The notes under the pieces were generated by a model. It had not been told where the DNA came from. It did no database searches and was given only the letters and a program-made list of their open reading frames with translations. Positions 49,448 to 57,455 of a DNA stretch of 64,000 bases are shown here, piece after piece. The stretch lies in NCBI GenBank assembly GCA_029856105.1, contig JAHQWH010000015.1, positions 128,001 to 192,000 of the forward strand, read 5' to 3'. The position numbers and the translations under genes were made by a program. Positions within the stretch are counted from its first letter, which is position 1; every line of letters starts with the position of its first letter. This DNA is from Promethearchaeia archaeon (GTDB taxonomy: Archaea > Asgardarchaeota > Lokiarchaeia > Sigyniarchaeales > SOKP01).

Positions 49448-50785
49448 ATGAAGAAAAAGAGAGTTGTTATAATCGGAGCCTTAGGTATGGATTTTCACCT
49501 GTTTAACACCGTCTTCAAAGATAATGAAGAATACGAGGTAATTGCTTTTACTATTGCTGGAGAGCAGAATGTAGGCACAATTGAAGGGGCGGAAAGGAAA
49601 TATCCGGCGGAATTAGCAGGTAAACTATATCCAAAAGGCATTCCAATGCTTCCCGAAGAACACATTGAAGAAATAATTAAACTTCATCAAATAGATGAGG
49701 TGGTGTTTGCATATTCTGATGTTTCGCACGAAGAATTAATGCATAAAGCATCTAGAGCGCTATCTGCTGGAGCTAACTATCGTTTGATATCGGGAAAATT
49801 CACCCAAATTAAATCTAAAAAACCCGTTGTAGCAATATGTGCTGTTAGAACTGGATGTGGTAAAAGCCAAGTTTCTAGAGCAACTTATAGGTATTTAATG
49901 AGCAAAGGTTATAAAGTTGTAGCAGTAAGAGAACCAATGCCTTATGGAGATTTGATAAAACAAAATGTTATGCGTTTTGAGAAGTACGAAGATTTAGATA
50001 AGTTTGATTGCACGATCGAGGAGCGGGAAGAGTACGAACCTTACATTGAACAGGGACTTGTGATTTATTCAGGAGTAGATTACGAAAAAATTGTTAGGGA
50101 AGCAGAAAAAGAAGCGGATGTAATCATCTTTGACGGTGGAAACAACGAGCTATCGTTTTATGTTCCAGATTTACTTTTCATCGTAGTAGACCCATTAAGA
50201 CCGGGACACGAGATGAAATATCATCCCGGCGAAGTAAACGCCCGATCTGCCGATGCGTTCGTCATTAATAAAATGAATAACGCTAAACCAGAAGATGTGA
50301 AAATCGTTGAGAATAATTTAAACGAATTAAATCCTGACGCAACAAAAATATATACAAATTCGGTTGTTACTATCGAAGGTAATCCTGATTTAAAGGGCAA
50401 AAAAGTAATTGTTGTAGAAGATGGGCCAACTTTAACGCATGGTAGTATGTCGTACGGCGCGGGATTTGTTGCGGCAACCAATAGTGGAGCTATAATTATA
50501 GATCCAAAACCTTATGTAACAGGTACTATGAAAAAAGTATTTGAAGAATTTCCACAGATCACACAGATAGTTCCAGCCATGGGATATAACGACCAACAGA
50601 TTAAAGACATGGAAGAAACTCTAAATAAAGCTGAATGCGAAATTATAATTGATGGCAGCCCTATTGATCTTGAAAAATTAATTAATAGCAATAAACCTAT
50701 CATCAGAGTCTCTTATGATATTGAACCTGTCAAAAGTCCAACGATAGAAGAAGTCTTAGATAAATTTATTGAAAAATTTTTATAA
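49448..50785 (+). CDS. arcE: Arginine synthetase (ArcE; family formerly annotated GTPase / cyclic 2,3-diphosphoglycerate synthetase-like)
   Basis: DFH.FN, YP.ELAG.LYP.GIP, FAYSDVSH, AVRTGCGKSQ P-loop, PMPYGDL, CTIEEREEYEP, DGGNN, HPGE.N, VEDGPTLTHG, PAMGY; OTC and carbamate kinase nearby. Confidence 0.75.
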   Translation: MKKKRVVIIGALGMDFHLFNTVFKDNEEYEVIAFTIAGEQNVGTIEGAERKYPAELAGKLYPKGIPMLPEEHIEEIIKLHQIDEVVFAYSDVSHEELMHKASRALSAGANYRLISGKFTQIKSKKPVVAICAVRTGCGKSQVSRATYRYLMSKGYKVVAVREPMPYGDLIKQNVMRFEKYEDLDKFDCTIEEREEYEPYIEQGLVIYSGVDYEKIVREAEKEADVIIFDGGNNELSFYVPDLLFIVVDPLRPGHEMKYHPGEVNARSADAFVINKMNNAKPEDVKIVENNLNELNPDATKIYTNSVVTIEGNPDLKGKKVIVVEDGPTLTHGSMSYGAGFVAATNSGAIIIDPKPYVTGTMKKVFEEFPQITQIVPAMGYNDQQIKDMEETLNKAECEIIIDGSPIDLEKLINSNKPIIRVSYDIEPVKSPTIEEVLDKFIEKFL

Positions 50786-50886
50786 AAATAATATTTTAAA
50801 TTTTAATATGTAAGAAGGGAAGATTACTCAAGATATCAAAAATCTCTTTTTTCATAAGTTATTTATTTTTTCAGATGGTGGAAAAT

Positions 50887-51083
50887 GTCTCCATGCCATA
50901 TATATACTTTAAGTTTGGGAGATATATCTTCTAAATAATACCCAAATAATTTGCATAGGTTTTCCCTTCATGATATGCTCCTTTACTATCTTGTCGAAGT
51001 GCTTCAGCTACTTTCTTAAGAAATGTAGAAAGAATTTGAGGATCAGTAAGTACTTTTCTATCAGCTTCAGGTAGTTTTTTCAT
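50887..51083 (-). pseudogene. Internal, frameshifted remnant of an alpha/beta hydrolase paralogous to 28417-29322
   Basis: MKKLPEADRKVLTDPQILSTFLKKVAEALRQDSKGAYHEGKTYA / FGYYLEDISPKLKVYIWHG versus the intact KKFPEPDREVMDDPKLLPLFIKESAEAFRQGNKGVIYEGKLYAKPWGFSLEDITPKLKVYLWHG. Confidence 0.8.
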
Positions 51084-51191
51084 ATAAATTTATTCATATT
51101 ATTGTCTAATTTTTCTAAGTAGTGTATAAAACATCTCATCTATTACTTAAATTATGATAGGTTTATATAATCGAAACTATTTAACTTCTTA

Positions 51192-53348
51192 TTGATGATA
51201 TTAGCTGCAAAGCTAAGGAAATCTTTACAAAAATGTTTAAAAAACAGGGATAAATTAATGTGTAAAAATAAAAAAATCAAAGTAAGAGTTGCATTATTAT
51301 TAATTCTGGCGATTTTTTTTTCAAGTCCTTTTATATTTTTAAAGACAAGCCAATCTGATGATGAAGCAAGAGCATTAGATGAGAGAAGTATCAGAAGTGC
51401 TAATAGCATATGGAGCTACACTGCGGGAGATGGTTTATTTTCGGTGGCAATCTCCTCCGATGGACATTACATTGTCGCAGGAGGCCATGATAACAAGGTG
51501 TATCTCTTCGATAAAGCCAGCCCCACCCCCCTATGGAACTACACGACGGGAGGTTGGGTACGTTCGGTGGCAATCTCCTCCGACGGGCAGTATATTGTCG
51601 CGGGAAGCGATGATGATCATGTGTATTTCTTCAATAAAACTAGCTCCACTCCACTATGGAACTTCACTACGATAGTTAATATATATTCAGTGGCAATTTC
51701 CTCCAATGGGCAGTACATTGCTGCGGGAATCTATCGCTCGGTCTATTTTTTCGATAAAGCCAGCTCCAATCCCCTATGGTATCACGACACGGGAGATGCG
51801 GCAGTAGTAACTTCGGTGGCGATCTCGTCCGACGGGCAGTACATTGCCGCAGGAAACTATGGTAACAAAACATATCTTTTTAATAAAGCCAGCTCTACTC
51901 CCCTATGGAGCTACACTGCGGGAGATCGGGTACAATCGGTGGCAATTTCCTCCGACGGACAGTACATTGCTGCGGGAAGCTATGATAACAAAGTATATCT
52001 CTTCGATAAAGCCAGCTCCACCCCACTATGGAGCTATACTACGGGAGATAATGTATATTCGGTGGCAATTTCCTCCGACGGGCAGAACATTGCCGCGGGA
52101 AGCTATGATGACAAGATATATCTCTTCGATAAAGCCAGCTTCACTCCCCTATGGAACTATACTACGGGAAATAGTGTATTTTCGGTGGCAATTTCCTCCG
52201 ATGGGCAGAACATTGCCGCAGGAAGCGTGGACGACAAGGTATATCTCTTCGATAAAGCCAGCTCCACCCCCCTATGGAACTATACTACGGGAAGTCATGT
52301 ACATTCGGTGACAATCTCCTCCGATGGGCAGTATATTGCCTCGGGAGGTTGGGGTAATACGATATATCTCTTCGATAACAAGCCCTATACATTTACATTG
52401 TCTACAGATGCCGATGTTCCTGATTTGGACGGTATATTTTCTTTAAATTGGACTGTTTCTTCTGGTGCAACTAATTACTCCGTGTATCGTCATTCCAGTT
52501 ATATTAATGAAATTAACGATAGTTTAATCCTTCTAGCGTATGAAATCACCGATCTGAGTTTATATTTGAGCGAATATTCAGATGAAACCTATTATTTCAT
52601 TGTTGTTGCAAATAACACTTACGGTGAGACCTTATCAAATTGCATTACGGTGGTGGTGGGCTTACTTCCGGGAAGCTTCACATTATCTTCAAATGCGAGC
52701 GATCCCGATGACAATGGCCTTTTTATTCTTTCTTGGACTGGTTCTTCTGGCGCAACTAATTACTCCATATATCAATACTCCAGTTTTATCACGGAAATTA
52801 ACGGCAGTTTAACCCTTCTAGCGGACGAAATCACCGATCCAAGCCTAGATTTGAGTGGATATTCGGACGGAACCTATTATTACATTGTTGTTGCGCATAA
52901 TCAAATTGGAGATACTTCATCAAACTGTATTACTGTAATTGTTCAAATTACCAAATCGTTCACGATCATTACTCCCAATATCTCCTCTTCGTGGGAATGT
53001 GGTACGTCTCAGTCTATATCTTGGTCTTCAACGGGGATTATTTTGAATATTAAACTTGAACTCTATAGAAATGATGTGTTCGTAATGGAGATTATTTCAA
53101 GTACTGCTAATAATGGCGAAGTTTACTGGGTAGTTTTCTCGGAACTCGCGAGTTCTGACCACTATCAGATCAAAATTATAGACGTATCTAATGCTTCCAT
53201 TTTCGCCTATAGCGACTACTTTGAAATAGAAAACACTTTACCAACAGAACCACCTGGTATTCCGGGATATAATGTACTATTTCTTATTGCTACTTTAGGT
53301 TCAATTATGGCATTAATTATGAAAAAATGTTCTAATTCCATGAAATAA
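51192..53348 (+). CDS. Cell-surface protein: signal/TM, 8 WD40-like repeats, two FN3-like domains, Ig-like Ser/Thr-rich domain, Loki-CTERM-like anchor (likely start ATG 51258)
   Basis: Eight ~41-aa repeats WxYTxG..V.SVAISSDGQYIAAG..D.KVYLFDKASSTPL; two L.WT.SSGATNYS...YY.IVVA.N..G...SN units; C-terminal PGIPGY + TM + KK. Confidence 0.88.
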   Translation: MMILAAKLRKSLQKCLKNRDKLMCKNKKIKVRVALLLILAIFFSSPFIFLKTSQSDDEARALDERSIRSANSIWSYTAGDGLFSVAISSDGHYIVAGGHDNKVYLFDKASPTPLWNYTTGGWVRSVAISSDGQYIVAGSDDDHVYFFNKTSSTPLWNFTTIVNIYSVAISSNGQYIAAGIYRSVYFFDKASSNPLWYHDTGDAAVVTSVAISSDGQYIAAGNYGNKTYLFNKASSTPLWSYTAGDRVQSVAISSDGQYIAAGSYDNKVYLFDKASSTPLWSYTTGDNVYSVAISSDGQNIAAGSYDDKIYLFDKASFTPLWNYTTGNSVFSVAISSDGQNIAAGSVDDKVYLFDKASSTPLWNYTTGSHVHSVTISSDGQYIASGGWGNTIYLFDNKPYTFTLSTDADVPDLDGIFSLNWTVSSGATNYSVYRHSSYINEINDSLILLAYEITDLSLYLSEYSDETYYFIVVANNTYGETLSNCITVVVGLLPGSFTLSSNASDPDDNGLFILSWTGSSGATNYSIYQYSSFITEINGSLTLLADEITDPSLDLSGYSDGTYYYIVVAHNQIGDTSSNCITVIVQITKSFTIITPNISSSWECGTSQSISWSSTGIILNIKLELYRNDVFVMEIISSTANNGEVYWVVFSELASSDHYQIKIIDVSNASIFAYSDYFEIENTLPTEPPGIPGYNVLFLIATLGSIMALIMKKCSNSMK
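51411..52383 (+). repeat. Intragenic tandem repeat, 8 x ~123 bp
   Basis: Recurring TCGGTGGCAATyTCCTCCGAyGGGCAG and TATCTCTTCGATAAAGCCAGC blocks; more GC-rich than the flanks. Confidence 0.9.
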
Positions 53349-53722
53349 AATTCTAAAAATTTTTTTTTTTATTTAATTTAAGGGGCTATTAAATATCATT
53401 ATAAGTACTTCTTTGTTATGATTTTTTCATAATTTAATCTTTTTCACATAATTTATGGGTATGAAAAATATTTTATCCTTGGGAATCGTGTATAGTTTAA
53501 TTCTTTGTAACTAATTGGTTGTTCTCCCAATAGTAATTCGTAATTCTTGCTTTTCCATAAGCAAATAATATTAAATTTCTGAATAGAAATCTTGAAATAA
53601 TTTTTCTAATTTGATCCAAGAGTCTCTATCGGATAACTTGAATTTCTTTCCGTTTTGTTTGAATAAATTGAATTTTAAATTTAATATCTATTTCTGAGAC
53701 CATAAGATTTATATAGAGAAAC

Positions 53723-53771
53723 TTACTTATAGTAAGTAATTTACTGATGGTAAGATAATTACTATTAGTAA
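53723..53771. promoter_or_regulatory. Three palindromic operator boxes TTACT-N3-RGTAA at 18-bp spacing upstream of the TetR gene
   Basis: TTACTTATAGTAA 53723-53735, TTACTGATGGTAA 53741-53753, TTACTATTAGTAA 53759-53771, just downstream of TATA-like TTTATATA (53708-53715). Confidence 0.75.
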
Positions 53772-53826
53772 ACTTAATTAATGACTTGTAATAACATAAA
53801 ATGAATAATTAAGCTGAAAGTGGTGA

Positions 53827-54498
53827 ATGAAAATTTCCAAATTATCTAGAAGAGAACGTGAAAAATTACAGCGTCGTAACGATATACTCAAAGCTGCTGA
53901 AAAAAGATTCTTTAATAAAGGCTATGATGAGGTTTCTATGGATGATATCGCGGGAGATTTAGAGCTTTCTAAAACAACGCTCTATTTGTATTTTAAAAAT
54001 AAACCTTCATTGTATTTTGCCGTAGTAATAAAAGGTATGGTTATCCTTAGGAATATATTGAAAAATGCTATAAAAAACGAGGAATCAGGATTAGGAAAAA
54101 TAATGGGCATAATTCGAGCTTACTTTGATTACATACAAATTCATCTAGATTATTATGGCCTTAATCTTTCATCTAGAGCCATTCGTTTTACGAAAATGCT
54201 TAAACCTAACGAGGAGGGTGATACAGAAATTGAAAATGCTGAAGAGTATATCGGATTAACAAAAGAATTACTTGAAATGTTAATTGACGCTGTCAGTTTG
54301 GGAATTAAGGATGGTACAATTAGAAAAAACCTGAATCCATTACAGACAGTAATTTTCTTGGGTTCTACCATTGATTTTATAGTACAAATATCCCCCGAAT
54401 ATAAATTACTCTTAGAGATGTATAGCATAACTGCTGAGGAATATCTTCAACACTCGATTGATGTGTTATTACGAGGTCTAGCTGGGGAAAAAAAATAA
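53827..54498 (+). CDS. TetR/AcrR family transcriptional regulator
   Basis: ILKAAEKRFFNKGYDEVSMDDIA...LSKTTLYLYFKNK HTH; GIKDGTIR. Confidence 0.92.
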   Translation: MKISKLSRREREKLQRRNDILKAAEKRFFNKGYDEVSMDDIAGDLELSKTTLYLYFKNKPSLYFAVVIKGMVILRNILKNAIKNEESGLGKIMGIIRAYFDYIQIHLDYYGLNLSSRAIRFTKMLKPNEEGDTEIENAEEYIGLTKELLEMLIDAVSLGIKDGTIRKNLNPLQTVIFLGSTIDFIVQISPEYKLLLEMYSITAEEYLQHSIDVLLRGLAGEKK

Positions 54499-54515
54499 TT
54501 GGAGGAAGATAAAAA

Positions 54516-55079
54516 ATGGAAAAAAATAAAATATTAATTGCGTATGGAACTCGTTACGGAGCGACAACTAGTACCGCAGAAGAAATTTCCAAAGTTCTTC
54601 AAGGTGAAGGATTTGATGTAAAAGTTGTAAATCTCCAAAAAGATAAGGTAAAAGATATCACAAATTTTGAACTTGTTGTTATTGGAAGTGGAATGAAAAT
54701 GGATATGTGGACGACTAAAGCTAAAGCATTTTTAAAGAAGTTTAGTGGTGAATTCAAGAAAAGGAAAGTGGCCATTTTCGTGTCATCAGGTGGACGGGCA
54801 CTCATGGAACATAAAGGAGAACTTGATGAAATTGATAGAATAACTAAAAAATACCTTGAAGATAAAGCTTCTAAATATGGTTTGAATCCAATATCAATGA
54901 CTATGTTTGGAGGTGTTTGGGATTATAATCAGATTTCTAAAATTTTTAGAAAATTCTTGGATGCAGAAAAAGAAAATTTTATCGCGGCAGGAATAAAAGA
55001 AACAGAGCCAGGAGTCTATGACACTAGAAATTGGGAGAATATTCGTGCATGGGCTAAAGAGTTAGCTAGCAAGATTTAA
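54516..55079 (+). CDS. Flavodoxin-domain protein (HemG/Flavodoxin_5-like)
   Basis: AYGTRYGATTSTAEEI, VIGSG, FGG, DTRNWENIRAWA. Confidence 0.85.
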   Translation: MEKNKILIAYGTRYGATTSTAEEISKVLQGEGFDVKVVNLQKDKVKDITNFELVVIGSGMKMDMWTTKAKAFLKKFSGEFKKRKVAIFVSSGGRALMEHKGELDEIDRITKKYLEDKASKYGLNPISMTMFGGVWDYNQISKIFRKFLDAEKENFIAAGIKETEPGVYDTRNWENIRAWAKELASKI

Positions 55080-55247
55080 AAAATCCCAATTCAACATAAT
55101 AAAACTTAAGAACTTTTAAATCTCTTTTTGTAAATTTCTTTTTTAATTTCTTTTAAATAATATTTAATTCTGAAGTCTCATTAAATCATCCATAATTCAA
55201 AATTATGTTTTAAATTTAAAAAATAGAACTTAATTGAGTAAAAATCT

Positions 55248-57428
55248 ATGATTTTAGCAGAAATGAAATATGAGCTTCACGAAGTCCAAAAAGGATACGC
55301 TAATAGGACTCTGTTCATTAATCTTTCAAACAATGAGATTAAAATCAAGCCTGTAACTGATATAATGAAAGAAAAGTTTATCGGTGGGAAAGGATTTGAT
55401 CTTTGGCTCATGTGGAATGGACTTCCTCAAGATAGAATTGTTAAATGGGACGATTCCGAAAACGAAATTTGCATTTCTTCTGGACCTTTAGGAGGGAACA
55501 TCTTTTACCCTGGTTCGGGGAAATCAATTGTTACAACAATATCTCCTTTAACGGATATTATCGTGGATTCTAATGTTGGAGGTTATTTCGGTCCGTATTT
55601 AAAATTCTCGGGTTTTGATGCAATTGAAATTCAAGGTAAAGCTCAAAAAGAGGTTCTAATATACATAGATGGTGTTGAGGGTGTTGTTCAAATCAAAGAA
55701 GTTGAAAAATCAGAGGGGTTATCTAATTATTCTCATGAATTAACTCAGCAACTTACTGAAGTGTACGCACAAGATGACCGTGAAAAACAACGAATCTCGG
55801 TCGTAACCACGGGTCCTGCCGCACAACACACGAATTGGGGGTTGTTAAACTTTTCTTGGTATGTTCCTGGCCGTAAATGGGCCTCAAGCAAACAAGCTGG
55901 GCGAGGGGGAATTGGGACCGTTTTTTATGATAAAAAAGTTAAAGCGTTGGTTTGTCGTACTCCAAAAGTTACAGTTGGTTCTAATCATCCTGCTAATTTA
56001 GAAGAAGCTAGAAAAGTAGGGATAGCACATACCCAAGAAATAATTAAACTTGACCCAATACAAAACGAAATGCGTAGAGTTGGAACGGGACATCTTCCTG
56101 AGATCATGAATGTTACTGACCTTCTACCAACAGAAAATTATCGCTTCGGAAGACACAAAGAAATTAATGGAAAAGATATCCCGTATAGTAGAGAGATAAT
56201 GAGAGAGATATATTCTGGAAAAGAAGGCGGGGATGGATGTTGGATTGGATGTACTGTTAGCTGTTCTCATTATTCAGAAGGCCACGAAGTTTTAACGGGA
56301 CCATTTAAGGGTCAAAAATTGATTGTTGATGGCCCAGAATACGAAACAATAGCCGGATGTGGGTCAAATTGGGGCGTTTGGGACCCAAAATGGGTTTTAG
56401 AAGTTAATTTTTACTGCGATACTTACGGCTTAGATACAATTTCAGTTGGGACAGGTATAGCATTTGTTATGGAGTGTTATGAAGCGGGTATTTTAAATAA
56501 GGAAAGGACTGGAGGATTGGAATTAAATTTCGGAGATGTTGAAGCTGCGGTTGAGTTAATTCACCACATGGCTAAAGGTAAAGGTTTTGGAGTTATAGTT
56601 GGAAAAGGTATTAAATATATGAAAAAATATTTTGTTGAAAACTTTGGAGCGGACCCACAATTTGTTCAAGATATTGGTATGGAACACAAAGGTTTAGAAT
56701 TTTCTGAGTATGTAACCAAAGAATCATTAGCGCAACAGGGGGGATATGGATTAACGAATAAAGGCCCACAACACGACGAGGCTTGGCTTATCTTTGACGA
56801 TGTAATTAGAAACTCGATTCCAACATTCGAAGACAAAGCTAAAGCTTTGAGGTATTTCCCATTATGGAGAACTTGGTTTAGTTTATGCGGTTTATGCAAG
56901 CTACCGTGGAACGATATCCAACCATTAAGTCAAGCAGATTACCCCCTCAAAGATCCTAAAACGGGAGAGTTAGTTCGAGCAAAAATTCCCGATCACGTTG
57001 AAAATTACGTTAAATATTATTCAGCAGTTACGGGACATCAATCAACATCGAAAGATCTCATAAAGATGTCTGAAAGAGTGTATACATTTCAAAGGATATT
57101 TAACATTAGGTTGGGCAAAGGGCTTCGAAAACACGATTCAAATCTACCTTATAGAGCAGTGGGACCAGTTACTCCACTTGAATACGAAAGTCGTGTTGAG
57201 AGGTACGATACACAGCTTAAAGAGTTAGGGCTTAAATTTAACGGTAAATCAACCGAAGAAAAAATTACAATACTACGTAAGCATCGTGAAGAACAGTATA
57301 CAAAACTTCAAGACGCGGTTTATTTAGAGCGAGGATGGAACAATAACGGTTGTCCTACTATAGAGATGGTACGAAAATTGGGAATTGATTTTGACGAAGT
57401 AATTGATGTTATCTCTCCTTATCAATAA
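55248..57428 (+). CDS. Aldehyde:ferredoxin oxidoreductase family tungsto/molybdo-enzyme
   Basis: FIGGKG, SPLT, DSNVGG.FG, AGRGGIG, CWIGCTVSC, GPEYET, CD.YGLDTIS, LCGLCK, Y..RGW. Confidence 0.88.
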   Translation: MILAEMKYELHEVQKGYANRTLFINLSNNEIKIKPVTDIMKEKFIGGKGFDLWLMWNGLPQDRIVKWDDSENEICISSGPLGGNIFYPGSGKSIVTTISPLTDIIVDSNVGGYFGPYLKFSGFDAIEIQGKAQKEVLIYIDGVEGVVQIKEVEKSEGLSNYSHELTQQLTEVYAQDDREKQRISVVTTGPAAQHTNWGLLNFSWYVPGRKWASSKQAGRGGIGTVFYDKKVKALVCRTPKVTVGSNHPANLEEARKVGIAHTQEIIKLDPIQNEMRRVGTGHLPEIMNVTDLLPTENYRFGRHKEINGKDIPYSREIMREIYSGKEGGDGCWIGCTVSCSHYSEGHEVLTGPFKGQKLIVDGPEYETIAGCGSNWGVWDPKWVLEVNFYCDTYGLDTISVGTGIAFVMECYEAGILNKERTGGLELNFGDVEAAVELIHHMAKGKGFGVIVGKGIKYMKKYFVENFGADPQFVQDIGMEHKGLEFSEYVTKESLAQQGGYGLTNKGPQHDEAWLIFDDVIRNSIPTFEDKAKALRYFPLWRTWFSLCGLCKLPWNDIQPLSQADYPLKDPKTGELVRAKIPDHVENYVKYYSAVTGHQSTSKDLIKMSERVYTFQRIFNIRLGKGLRKHDSNLPYRAVGPVTPLEYESRVERYDTQLKELGLKFNGKSTEEKITILRKHREEQYTKLQDAVYLERGWNNNGCPTIEMVRKLGIDFDEVIDVISPYQ

Positions 57429-57455
57429 TAATAAATATTTTAAATATGATTCTAA

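Noticed and set aside
49282-49506. 74-aa ORF upstream of arcE
   Set aside because: It spans the AT-rich arcE promoter, overlaps arcE out of frame, and has low-complexity N/Y/K composition.
49448-50785. Cyclic 2,3-diphosphoglycerate synthetase or generic GTPase
   Set aside because: The motif set and proximity to OTC and carbamate kinase fit the ArcE subfamily; no 2-phosphoglycerate kinase is in the window.
51411-52383. Regularly spaced DNA repeats resembling a CRISPR array or a DGR template/variable pair
   Set aside because: The repeats are in-frame 123-bp coding units without unique spacers; no cas or reverse transcriptase gene is in the window.
53400-53703. Degraded minus-strand ORF starting at ATG 53703
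   Set aside because: Stops after 25 codons and no family is recognisable; it may be a remnant but cannot be supported.
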